From Dehalococcoidia bacterium (GTDB lineage Bacteria; Chloroflexota; Dehalococcoidia; Lucifugimonadales; UBA1127), in NCBI GenBank assembly GCA_965116355.1, contig OZ220679.1, positions 1,118,669 to 1,182,668 on the forward strand: a DNA stretch of 64,000 bases, written 5' to 3'. The notes beneath the pieces are model-generated. The model saw only the letters and a program-made list of their open reading frames with translations, was not told the DNA's origin and made no database searches. Made by a program: the position numbers and the translations under genes. How positions within the stretch are numbered: the first letter of the stretch is position 1; each line of letters begins with the position of its first letter. Of the stretch, positions 14,835 to 22,499 are shown piece by piece.

Positions 14835-15068
14835 TTACTCCGCCAAGAGGCGTTCCAAACAGAGGGACACTTCTATGCCCAAATGGCCCAACTCGCCCAA
14901 TGCACGCTGGACGTCATCATAGACGACCGAGTCATCGAGGAATGCGACGTAGACTTCAGCATAGAGTTCGTCCTGGTGGTAGAACCATCCGTGGCCAAGC
15001 GCGTCCTGGGTTATAAAGCCGAACTGCTCGAAGCAGTCGATGACATCGCGCCTGCTAAGCAGCTTCAC
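14835..15068 (-). CDS. small protein, divergent HicA-like partner (77 aa)
   Basis: GTG 15068 overlaps the 3' end of the HicB-like gene by 14 nt. The N-terminus LSRRDVIDCFEQFGF...GHGWFYH loosely resembles the HicA layout. Lower G+C. Confidence 0.35.
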   Translation of the reverse strand: MKLLSRRDVIDCFEQFGFITQDALGHGWFYHQDELYAEVYVAFLDDSVVYDDVQRALGELGHLGIEVSLCLERLLAE

Positions 15069-15372
15069 TCAATTCCAATTCCTCAGTGAGTTGCACCCGC
15101 TTGCGCGTGCCGGACTCCTGTCTGGTGCGCCGACCGCTCTTTATATCGAACGCGACGCCCTGGCGGTGCAGGTAGGTCAAGAGACCTTCGACTCCCGCGC
15201 GCTCATGGCACCGGCGCACGGCCTCCGCCAACACGCGTTCGGCCTCCGCCCGTGCCTCCTGCTCGTCTTTCCCGTAGGTGAAGACTGGCATCTTCTCAAC
15301 GGTGGCGCACCAGTAGCCTTCCCGTTCCTCCACCTGAACGACAAATTCAACTCGTAGCTGCAATCGGTCCAC
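15055..15372 (-). CDS. HicB-family antitoxin-like protein (105 aa)
   Basis: FVVQVEEREGYWCATVEKMPVFTYGKDEQEARAEAERVLAEAV matches the HicB/UPF0150 N-domain pattern. GTG start with TAGGAGG SD. Confidence 0.6.
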   Translation of the reverse strand: MDRLQLRVEFVVQVEEREGYWCATVEKMPVFTYGKDEQEARAEAERVLAEAVRRCHERAGVEGLLTYLHRQGVAFDIKSGRRTRQESGTRKRVQLTEELELSEAA

Positions 15373-15535
15373 TAACCCGCCTCCTAGAATGACCCCTCGG
15401 CTCGAACGCAGGCGTACCCATTCCTGCCCTTTGCTGTACGGCGCAGTCTACCATTCTCATTCCATTGTTGCATTTCCCATGACGGCGCTGCGCTATCGGG
15501 TTGGCGGCCTGCCAGATCCGGGAGGGTCGGGCACC

Positions 15536-15754
15536 CTACCCGTACACGGCCAGCACCACCGCGTCGGAGGGGTTGGCGGCATCGAAGAAGAGGACGGCGC
15601 AGTGGCGGCCCTCGGTGACGTCGGCGGCGGGGATGTTGCGGGCTACGGGGACGGCTTCGAGCCAGGTGGCGAGGCTGCCGGTGATCTGGACGGTGGCGGT
15701 GTGGGCAGTCGCGTCAAAGGTGCGGACGGTGGCCTTCAGTATTTCCGGGGGCAT
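15536..15754 (-). CDS. small beta-rich protein (72 aa), last gene of the phage-like cluster
   Basis: ATG 15754 with AGGAGAG SD. MPPEILKATVRTFDATAHTATVQITGSLATWLEAVPVARNIPAADVTEGRHCAVLFFDAANPSDAVVLAVYG. The rest of the 531-aa track ORF is Arg/Pro junk. Confidence 0.5.
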   Translation of the reverse strand: MPPEILKATVRTFDATAHTATVQITGSLATWLEAVPVARNIPAADVTEGRHCAVLFFDAANPSDAVVLAVYG

Positions 15755-15794
15755 GGTCTCTCCTATCTGGGGACTGCTTTGTCTTGCGCCACGA

Positions 15795-15831
15795 ACCCCC
15801 ATCCTACCCTTCCCCCTGCGAGGGGGAAGGG
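15795..15831. repeat. REP-D element
   Basis: ACCCCCATCCTACC-CTTCCCCCT-GCG-AGGGGGAAGG. Same architecture as 12811..12869. Confidence 0.8.
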
Positions 15832-15837
15832 ACCTTG

Positions 15838-17820
15838 TTACAGGCCGGTCAGGGTGATCTTCTGCTGGTACTTGGGTGTGCCTGTGCGGCTGTAGTCGAG
15901 TTCGAGGGCGGATACGCGAAGGCGCTCGGCGGTGGGTGCGCCGGGCGTGTGGATTTCGACGACGTCGTGGAGCTCGAGGGCGCAGTTGGGTGGGGCCAGG
16001 AGCTCGCCGGCGCGAGCTTCGCGGCGGGTGCGAGCGAGGATGTCGGCGGCGCGGGCCTCGGCGTCGGCAGCCGTGCGCTGGTTGAGGTCGTTGAGTTGGA
16101 GGAGGCGCTCGCCGAGGAGGGGAAGGGCGGGCCAGTCGAGGGCCTCGCCGACGGCGTCGGCGGCGCCGAAGACCTGGACACGGGTGGCGTCGGGGGCGCC
16201 GGCGGCAAGGCGGACGCGGTGAACGGCGTGGTACGTGCCGAAGGCGTAGCCGGCGGCGTCCGTTGGCTGCGGGTTCGTGAGGCGGGCGATGCGGCCCCGG
16301 AAGTGGAGAAGGTCTGGGGCGAGGGACATGAGACGCCGGATGGCGGTGGCGCCGGACTCGCCGGGGTGGACGGTGAAGGCGGGACGGTGCGAGAGCATGG
16401 CCGCGCTGGGACTGGCGGCTTCGAGGCCGAGGCCGACGCGCTGGAGGATGAAGCCGAGGATGGAGGCAAGGGCGGCCTCGCCGCGAGCCCAGGCGAACTG
16501 ACGGCGGGCGCGCCAGGCGGCAAGGAGGGCCCAGCCGTCGCCGGCGTGGACGACGAGGCTGGCCTCGCCGCCGCCGTAGCGGTGCTCCCAGCCGGTGACC
16601 CAGAAGGCGGGGCCCGCCGAGGTCTCGACGCCGGAAGGGGTCTCGTAGCCGGGGCTGACGCGCAGCTCCGTGCCCTCGCGGATAGGGGCGCCGACGCTGC
16701 CGACAGCGTCGTAGCGGCCGTCGTCGTTGCGGAGGGCGAGGGTGAGCGCGGCGCCGCGAGGGGTCTCCCGCATGGTGAGCGAGAGGACGTCGGCGGAGAG
16801 GTCGCGGGACGTGGCGTCGAGGGCAGCGCGCCAGACGCCGTCGGGAGTGGCGAGCCAGAGGGAGTTTGCGTCGCCGGCAAGCGCGACGCCGTGGGGGGCG
16901 CCGGCCTCGAGCGGGACGGGGTCGGCCCAGGAGTTGGCGTCGAACGCCGTGCCGGCGAGGGTGTTGAACATGAGGGGGCGTTGGTAGCCGCCCGCGCCGG
17001 TGTAGCGCTCCACGACGGTCAGGCGGTCGACTTGTCCAAGTCGGGCAACCTCGGCGACGTGCAGGAAAGGCGCGTCGAAAGTGACGGCGGAGCCCGCGTC
17101 GGCGCGGGTGATCTCGCGGAGGGGCGACCACGCGCCGTCATAGGTGGCCGACCAGACGCGGTTGCGGCCGGCGGCGTCGACGCCGGTGACGGCGAGCCGC
17201 CACGCAATGTCGGCGTCGCAGGCAAGGCCGGTGACGCTCGTGAGGGAGTAGTCGTGGGCCGCGAGAGCGCTCCACGCTGCGCCGGTGCGCGTCGCGACGT
17301 GGAGGCGGCCATCGTCGCTCGCGAGGAAGAGGGCGGGCGTCCCGGAGGCGTCGAAGGCGGCGGCGAGGCGCACTACCGCGCCGCCGGCGAGGGTGGCGGC
17401 GACGCGGCGGGCTGCCCACGTGGCGCCGGAGTCGGCGCTCTCACGGACGCAGACGGCGCGGGGATCGGCGGGGTCGCGGAAGGCGACAAGGACCGTCGCG
17501 CCGTGGGCGCAGGCGGCGACGCTGCTGGCCGTCGCGGTGGTGTCGAGGCGCGTCCACGCCGAGAAGTCGCTCGATGGGCCGGGGGCGGCGACGCGTTGGA
17601 CGTAGAGGGCGCCGTCGGCCTCGGCGACGCGGGCGCGCACGAGGGAGCCGTCGGCGGGCATGGCGGCGGCGTGGTGGAAGGACGCCTCGTCGCCGACGTA
17701 CAGGCGGGCGAAGTGCGCCCGTGGGACGCCCGCGAGCATGTCGAGGGCCTCGACGCGGACGTGGGGGCGGCCGGAGGCGGCGGTCTGGGCGGTCAGGAGG
17801 GCGTTGGAGATGGCGCGCAT
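15838..17820 (-). CDS. phage tail/host-recognition-like protein with Asp-box (BNR) motif (660 aa)
   Basis: ATG 17820 (MRAISNALLTAQ...) lies 2 nt after the upstream stop. SADSGATW is an S-x-D-x-G-x-T-W Asp-box within a repetitive beta-rich N-half. The C-half has no recognised family. Sits in a phage structural context. Confidence 0.6.
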   Translation of the reverse strand: MRAISNALLTAQTAASGRPHVRVEALDMLAGVPRAHFARLYVGDEASFHHAAAMPADGSLVRARVAEADGALYVQRVAAPGPSSDFSAWTRLDTTATASSVAACAHGATVLVAFRDPADPRAVCVRESADSGATWAARRVAATLAGGAVVRLAAAFDASGTPALFLASDDGRLHVATRTGAAWSALAAHDYSLTSVTGLACDADIAWRLAVTGVDAAGRNRVWSATYDGAWSPLREITRADAGSAVTFDAPFLHVAEVARLGQVDRLTVVERYTGAGGYQRPLMFNTLAGTAFDANSWADPVPLEAGAPHGVALAGDANSLWLATPDGVWRAALDATSRDLSADVLSLTMRETPRGAALTLALRNDDGRYDAVGSVGAPIREGTELRVSPGYETPSGVETSAGPAFWVTGWEHRYGGGEASLVVHAGDGWALLAAWRARRQFAWARGEAALASILGFILQRVGLGLEAASPSAAMLSHRPAFTVHPGESGATAIRRLMSLAPDLLHFRGRIARLTNPQPTDAAGYAFGTYHAVHRVRLAAGAPDATRVQVFGAADAVGEALDWPALPLLGERLLQLNDLNQRTAADAEARAADILARTRREARAGELLAPPNCALELHDVVEIHTPGAPTAERLRVSALELDYSRTGTPKYQQKITLTGL

Positions 17821-17822
17821 GG

Positions 17823-18458
17823 CTAGGCCCCCCGGACCCGGAGGTGGCGCGGCGCGGGCTCGCCCTCGGCGTACATGCGGCGGACGCGGACGCCACGGCG
17901 GGAGGCGGCGCGGCCGAGGGCGAGCTGGAAGGCCTCGAGGCGCTCGTTGCCCCAGACGCGGTAGCGGCGGGCGGTGTCCTCGCCGCCAAGGTTGACGCGG
18001 TTGGCGGCGTAGCTGGCCCACGCGAGGGCGGCGTAGGCGGTGGCGCCCAGCGCGACGGCGTCCTCCAGGTGCTCCGGGACGGTGGAGGAGGCGGCGTCCA
18101 GGGTGTGGAGCTTTGTGTAGTAGACGCGGAGCTGTTCTCCGCCGGCGGGCGTCGCGTCGGACTGGAGGGTGAGGGAGGCGGCCCAGCGGCTGAAGGGGAC
18201 GAAGCAGGCGGGGTTTCGGCCGAGCGGGTACTCGACGGCCTCGACGTCGAGGAGGCCGGCGAGGGAGGTGAGCGTCACCTCGCGGCTGCCGGCGACGGTG
18301 GCCAGCGTGGCGACGGACTCGGCGGGGGCGACTCTGCTGAGGTCATGGACGGCGTGCCGGACGTGGCGGTCGATCTCGTCGTCGGACCAGCGCTCGGCGG
18401 CGGGGTCGGTGTCGCGCAGGTCGCGGCGGACGAGGGTCCGCATCTCGGCGATGTTCAT
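17823..18458 (-). CDS. phage head-tail connector/adaptor-like protein (211 aa)
   Basis: MNIAEMRTLVRRDLRDTDPAAERWSDDEIDRHVRHAVHDLS resembles gp6-like connector N-termini. Position is downstream of the capsid gene. TAGGAGC SD. Confidence 0.5.
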   Translation of the reverse strand: MNIAEMRTLVRRDLRDTDPAAERWSDDEIDRHVRHAVHDLSRVAPAESVATLATVAGSREVTLTSLAGLLDVEAVEYPLGRNPACFVPFSRWAASLTLQSDATPAGGEQLRVYYTKLHTLDAASSTVPEHLEDAVALGATAYAALAWASYAANRVNLGGEDTARRYRVWGNERLEAFQLALGRAASRRGVRVRRMYAEGEPAPRHLRVRGA

Positions 18459-18482
18459 GGCTGGCTCCTATCGGCGGCTTAG

Positions 18483-18511
18483 GCGCCCTTCGACCAACTC
18501 AGGTCGAGCGG
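18483..18511. repeat. REP-A-like element
   Basis: GCGCCCTTCGACCAACTCAGGTCGAGCGG. Confidence 0.7.
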
Positions 18512-18536
18512 TCGTGTCGCCCATCAATGCCGTATC

Positions 18537-18956
18537 ATGGACGGCGGGGGTGACGCTTTGGCCGCATTCATTGTTTTTGTTGTGGTGCTGTGGGCCGGGA
18601 CCATGGGGGCCACGCTGCTGCTTGCCCGGTTCCGGCTGGGGTCCGGCGAGGCGTCCGTCTGGGACCACGTCATCGTGCGCGGCGCGGCCTTGCTGACCGT
18701 GTCCATCGCCATGTGGACGCTGGCGTCGCTGGCGGGGCGGGTCATGGCGATCACGAGCCCGGCAGGCATGGTGCCGTACCTGTGGCTGGTGGCGGCGGTC
18801 CCGCTGGCGGCCCCGCCGCTCAGGAACAACGGCGCCACCCTGATTTCCTCCGAGCACTGGGTCTACCTCTCCATGCTGCTGACCGGCCTCGGCGGGTTTG
18901 CGCTGGCGGCCGTGATCATGGCCCGGGTCATCGCGGGCGGGGTGGAGCTGCAGTAG
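18537..18956 (+). CDS. predicted 4-TM membrane protein (139 aa), opposite strand inside the phage-like cluster
   Basis: Four hydrophobic segments and strong third-position G/C bias in this frame. The antisense ORFs are low-complexity. Confidence 0.5.
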   Translation: MDGGGDALAAFIVFVVVLWAGTMGATLLLARFRLGSGEASVWDHVIVRGAALLTVSIAMWTLASLAGRVMAITSPAGMVPYLWLVAAVPLAAPPLRNNGATLISSEHWVYLSMLLTGLGGFALAAVIMARVIAGGVELQ

Positions 18957-18990
18957 CTCCGCGGGCAGCCCGCACGGATCCCCTCCCCGG

Positions 18991-19113
18991 CGCCCTTCGA
19001 CAGGCTCAGGGCGAACGGATTTGGCGGCTCGTTCCCCAACTAGCGCCACGCGCCCGTTCATGCCCTTGGAGAACCTCAGGACAGGCTTCGAGTCCCCTCA
19101 GCACGAACGGGCG
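18991..19113. repeat. two REP-A elements downstream of the capsid gene
   Basis: CGCCCTTCGACAGGCTCAGGGCGAACGG (18991..19018); CGCCCGTTCATGC...CTCAGGACAGGCTTCGAG...GCACGAACGGGCG (19051..19113). Confidence 0.85.
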
Positions 19114-19125
19114 CGACCCGTGCGC

Positions 19126-20016
19126 CTAGTCACGCACTCCTGTGAGCTTGGCTAGCTTGAGAGTGCTGAAGCAGGCGATTGAGACGTACCACTTCACCCG
19201 GACCCGCGTGGCGTCCTTGCTTTCGAGACTGCCGACGCGCTCGGCGACGAGGCCGCCGGGGGCGGTGAGGCCGGCGACAGCGCCCTCGCCGAACTGGAGG
19301 GCGTAGATGGTGGAGGCGTCCGTCGACGAGCCGGCGCGGTTGTCGTCGGTGATGTGGTCGGAGACGCCGACGGGCACGCCGTCGTAGTAGTCGAGCATCA
19401 TGCCGAACTCGTTGCGATCGGAGACGAGGAGGCCGCTGCCGGCGCCGCGGGAGAGGGCGGTGAGCTTGCGGCGGGAGCGGCGGGACATGAGGAGCATGTG
19501 GGGCTTGCCGTCGATGACCTTGTCGATGAGCTCGTCCACCTTGTCGAGGGTGAGGGTGGCGCCGTTGGCGCCCATGGAGACGGTCTGGGCGGCGGTGGTC
19601 AGCTTGTCGATGCCGTCGAAGGACTTGGCGTCGGAGGAGGTGTCGCCGTTGACGAAGGTGTCCTCGAACTTGGCGCGGACGGCCTTGGCCTTGAGCTCGA
19701 CGACGGCGGCCTCGAGGTCCTGGACGTTGGAGCGGGTGGCGCGGAGGTAGTTGTCGACGTCGGCGTCGCCGCCGAGGATGGCGAGGGTGGCGGTGGCCTG
19801 GGTGAAGGTGGGGGTGGACTCGGCCCAGCCGTCACCGACGGTGTAGAAGGCGGCGGCGGGCGCGGTGTTCTCACGGTTGTACGTGAGGCCGTTGCCGACA
19901 ACCTCGATGAAGGGCAGGGCCTGGAGGACGGGGCTTTCCTTGACGATGGTCTCTATGACGCCGGTCAGGAGCATGTCGTTTGAGAGCTTCGCGCCCTCTG
20001 CCAGGGTGAGTGCCAT
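19126..20016 (-). CDS. HK97-fold phage major capsid protein (296 aa)
   Basis: LSNDMLLTGVIETIVKESPVLQALPFIEVVGNGLTYNRE...ATLAILGGDADVDNYL...FEDTFVNGDTSSDAKSFDGI... follows the Phage_capsid (HK97) pattern. GAGAGGAG SD. No delta/scaffold domain is apparent. Confidence 0.85.
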   Translation of the reverse strand: MALTLAEGAKLSNDMLLTGVIETIVKESPVLQALPFIEVVGNGLTYNRENTAPAAAFYTVGDGWAESTPTFTQATATLAILGGDADVDNYLRATRSNVQDLEAAVVELKAKAVRAKFEDTFVNGDTSSDAKSFDGIDKLTTAAQTVSMGANGATLTLDKVDELIDKVIDGKPHMLLMSRRSRRKLTALSRGAGSGLLVSDRNEFGMMLDYYDGVPVGVSDHITDDNRAGSSTDASTIYALQFGEGAVAGLTAPGGLVAERVGSLESKDATRVRVKWYVSIACFSTLKLAKLTGVRD

Positions 20017-20088
20017 GGGGACTCCTCTCCGCGGGCCGATCGGTGCGGCCCGACTTGTGTGATGCGGAGAGGGTAGAACGGGTGTGCT

Positions 20089-20116
20089 GGGATGGGGGAG
20101 GGGTTGGTGTCAGGGG
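20089..20116. repeat. 28-bp element, copy 2
   Basis: Identical to 8951..8978. Lies 73 nt upstream of the capsid ATG and 13 nt from TACCCT (20075..20070, minus strand). Confidence 0.85.
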
Positions 20117-20272
20117 TGGGGTTGCGGCGGACTCCTTACGGAACTGAAATGCTGTAATCCTACGACGCACTGGGGCAGCTTTGGTGCTATTGTTGAGACA
20201 TCAGCTTAGGCTTCAAGGTTGCAGCAGATGCGTAGCAAGAATAGCAGTCCAGATTCCACAGGAACGACTTGA

Positions 20273-21184
20273 ATGGACTTTACGAAACTCTTTGACGTGT
20301 TTTCGAGGCGCTCAGTGCTCAATGGCATCGACAGCCATCCTCTCACGCCACAATTCAAATACCGTTTCGCAAAGCTCTGCGCTGAGTACTTTTCCAACAA
20401 TGGCTTCATTGAAGAGTTTTGGTGGGAGATCAAAAGCAAGTTCGAATACTTGGAAGGCGGATCAATCGCTCAAGGGGGTAACACACTAGAAGTGGCTACA
20501 GGAGTGCTGGCATTTCTAGAACAGTGTGACGACAAGAAGTTCCTTGACTTTGTAGAGTTGGTCTTCAAGTTAGAGCACTTGCCTCCCGCCCTTATGGAAG
20601 AGCACCCCTTAGTCCGAAGCGTAAACCAATTCTTCGAACTGGATGGGCTGCCCTACGCCTTAACTGACTTCAGTTGGGAGGAGATTGAGGAGACTGAAGG
20701 CTGGTCTTCTGGCAAGAGTTATAGGTTATCCACTTATCCCCAAGTTGTCCTACGGGAGAGCGAGGTTGTCTATCAGAACGCAATTCTCCCATTGCTTACG
20801 CTCTTGCGCCAAGCTCATTTCTCAACGGCCAATGAGGAGTTCCTTAAGGGTCTTGCTGATTTTCGCAATGGTGACCACGAAGATTGCGTCGTTAAGTGTG
20901 TGAGCGCTTTCGAGAGTGTTCTGAAGGTGATTTGCCAGAGGAAGGGGTGGTCCTACAGTCAATCTGACACTGCCAAGGCTCTTGTGCCAAAAGTATTGGG
21001 TAAGACTTCGTTGGAGGAATTCTACAGGGAACCCTTGGTTCTAGTCGCAGACATAAGGAACCGTCAGAGCAGCGCTCACGGGGGTGGCGATCAGCCAAAG
21101 CGCGTCCCAAAGCACGTGGCCAACTATGTCATCAACTCCACGGCGGCTGCCATCTTGCTCTTGGTGCAAGAGGCCAATCTCTAG
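20273..21184 (+). CDS. AbiJ-like / STM4504-type protein: AbiJ N-terminal-like domain + C-terminal HEPN domain (303 aa)
   Basis: The C-terminus FSTANEEFLKGLADFRNGDHEDCVVKCVSAFESVLKVIC...IRNRQSSAHGGG contains an Rx4-6H HEPN motif. The N-terminus FSRRSVLNGIDSHPLTPQFKYRF is AbiJ-NTD-like. Clearly lower G+C. Confidence 0.7.
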   Translation: MDFTKLFDVFSRRSVLNGIDSHPLTPQFKYRFAKLCAEYFSNNGFIEEFWWEIKSKFEYLEGGSIAQGGNTLEVATGVLAFLEQCDDKKFLDFVELVFKLEHLPPALMEEHPLVRSVNQFFELDGLPYALTDFSWEEIEETEGWSSGKSYRLSTYPQVVLRESEVVYQNAILPLLTLLRQAHFSTANEEFLKGLADFRNGDHEDCVVKCVSAFESVLKVICQRKGWSYSQSDTAKALVPKVLGKTSLEEFYREPLVLVADIRNRQSSAHGGGDQPKRVPKHVANYVINSTAAAILLLVQEANL

Positions 21185-21320
21185 AACACGGACTATGGCC
21201 GCTCAAGAGTAGTGCTTTGTGCCCTTGCCAAGTCGTCAAGCTTACCTAGCACCTTAAGTGTTTCATCAGTCATGTTTGTTGATTCTTGATTCGACAGGCA
21301 GAGAGGAAGGCCCCGCCCCC

Positions 21321-21752
21321 CTACGCCTTGGCGCTGAGGCATTGGAAGAGGCGGTCTATCTGTTGCTTGGCGACCGTTAGCATCATGCGCTGGCCTACGC
21401 GCGCGAGGATGCCGGTTACGTTGACGTCGCCGTCAAAGGTGAGGGTGGTGGCGTCGCCGTCGGGGGCGAGGGCGACGTTGCCCTCGCCCTTCAAGTCGGT
21501 GCGGACGCCGGAGCCCTGGACGACCATGCGGTAGGCGTTGGGGGCGTCGACGTCGCGGAGCTCCAGGGTGCCCTTGTAGGCGCCGGAGACGATGCCGACG
21601 CGGAAGCCGACCTCGAAGGCGTAGGTGTCGGGGGCGACGGCGGAGAAGGACTGGACGCCGGGGATGCACTCTCCGATGACCTCGGGGTCCATGAGGGCGG
21701 ACCAGAGGCGGTCGCGCTCGATGGGGAACTGGTAGCTGCCGCTGAGCTTCAT
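21321..21752 (-). CDS. coxG: CoxG-like SRPBCC protein (carbon monoxide dehydrogenase subunit G family)
   Basis: [36 protein letters not shown]... is typical CoxG. ATG 21752 lies 6 nt downstream of TGCTATAGT, which makes it a leaderless candidate. Confidence 0.85.
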   Translation of the reverse strand: MKLSGSYQFPIERDRLWSALMDPEVIGECIPGVQSFSAVAPDTYAFEVGFRVGIVSGAYKGTLELRDVDAPNAYRMVVQGSGVRTDLKGEGNVALAPDGDATTLTFDGDVNVTGILARVGQRMMLTVAKQQIDRLFQCLSAKA

Positions 21753-21938
21753 GTTTTGACTATAGCAGGGGCGTGTGCGCGATGCGAGGGGGCGGGAGCC
21801 CATCGGGCCGCCCCTCGACGGGCCCCATCGAATAGCTCAGGACGCGATCAGGGCGAGGGGCACCAACGTTGGCCGACACCCCGGTATCACTTTCCCGTCC
21901 ACATACGGGCCGCGTATGCGGCATGTGCATATTTGCCA

Positions 21939-21966
21939 TTGACAATCACGCATGGAGTGATACCCT
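21939..21966 (+). promoter_or_regulatory. candidate promoter TTGACA-16-TACCCT for coxSLM
   Basis: TTGACA 21939..21944 and TACCCT 21961..21966, about 55 nt upstream of GTG 22023. Confidence 0.35.
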
Positions 21967-22022
21967 TGCCGCGCCGAGCCCAGTGCGCAATACACCCGGG
22001 GTGTCTCGGGAGGAGGTGCATC

Positions 22023-22496
22023 GTGAGTGTTCCGGTGGAAGTCACCATCAACGGGCGGGCCCATAGCGGGGAGGTGGAACCCCGCCAGCTGCTCGTCCAT
22101 TTCATCCGCGAGAACGTGGGGCTGACCGGCACCAAGGTGGGGTGCGACACCAGCCAGTGCGGCACCTGCACGGTGCAGCTCGACGGGGCGATCGCCAAGT
22201 CGTGCACGGTGCTGACGGTGCAGGCGTCGGGGTCGTCGGTCACGACCATCGAGGGTCTCTCGGACGGCGTGGACCTGCACCCGCTGCAGGAGGCCTTCTG
22301 GAACAAGCACGGACTGCAGTGCGGATTCTGCACGCCGGGCATGATCATGGCCTCCGCGGAGCTGCTCAAGAACAATCCCTCGCCCTCACGTGAGGAGATC
22401 CGGCATGCGCTGGAGGGGAACATCTGCCGCTGCACGGGGTACCAGAACATTGTGAGCGCGGTGGAAGAGGCCGCCGGCGCCATGGGAGGGAGCTAA
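22023..22496 (+). CDS. coxS: Mo-hydroxylase small subunit, [2Fe-2S] (CoxS-like)
   Basis: [12 protein letters not shown] and [10 protein letters not shown] cluster motifs. GTG 22023 with GGGAGGAGG SD. The upstream part of the track ORF has no homology pattern. Confidence 0.9.
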   Translation: MSVPVEVTINGRAHSGEVEPRQLLVHFIRENVGLTGTKVGCDTSQCGTCTVQLDGAIAKSCTVLTVQASGSSVTTIEGLSDGVDLHPLQEAFWNKHGLQCGFCTPGMIMASAELLKNNPSPSREEIRHALEGNICRCTGYQNIVSAVEEAAGAMGGS

Positions 22497-22499
22497 GCC

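Noticed and set aside
12766-14922. 718-aa plus-strand ORF
   Set aside because: It is antisense to the substrate-binding protein gene and runs through the REP array. The sequence is low-complexity Gly/Ala/Glu/Val.
15784-17826. 680-aa plus-strand ORF, and the 531-aa minus ORF 15536..17131
   Set aside because: Both are Arg/Gly/Pro/Ala-rich alternative frames of the 660-aa phage-like gene. Only the last 72 codons of the 531-aa ORF (15536..15754) have an SD and protein-like composition.
18468-19061. 197-aa minus-strand ORF containing RPEPVEGR / ARPELVEGR peptides
   Set aside because: These peptides are translations of REP-A elements. The ORF is antisense to the better-supported membrane-protein gene.
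8951-20116. The 28-bp direct repeats as att sites flanking an 11-kb mobile element
   Set aside because: The interval contains a host-like ABC importer operon and has no recombinase. Both copies sit at the same distance from -10-like hexamers, which fits a regulatory element better. This is not fully excluded.
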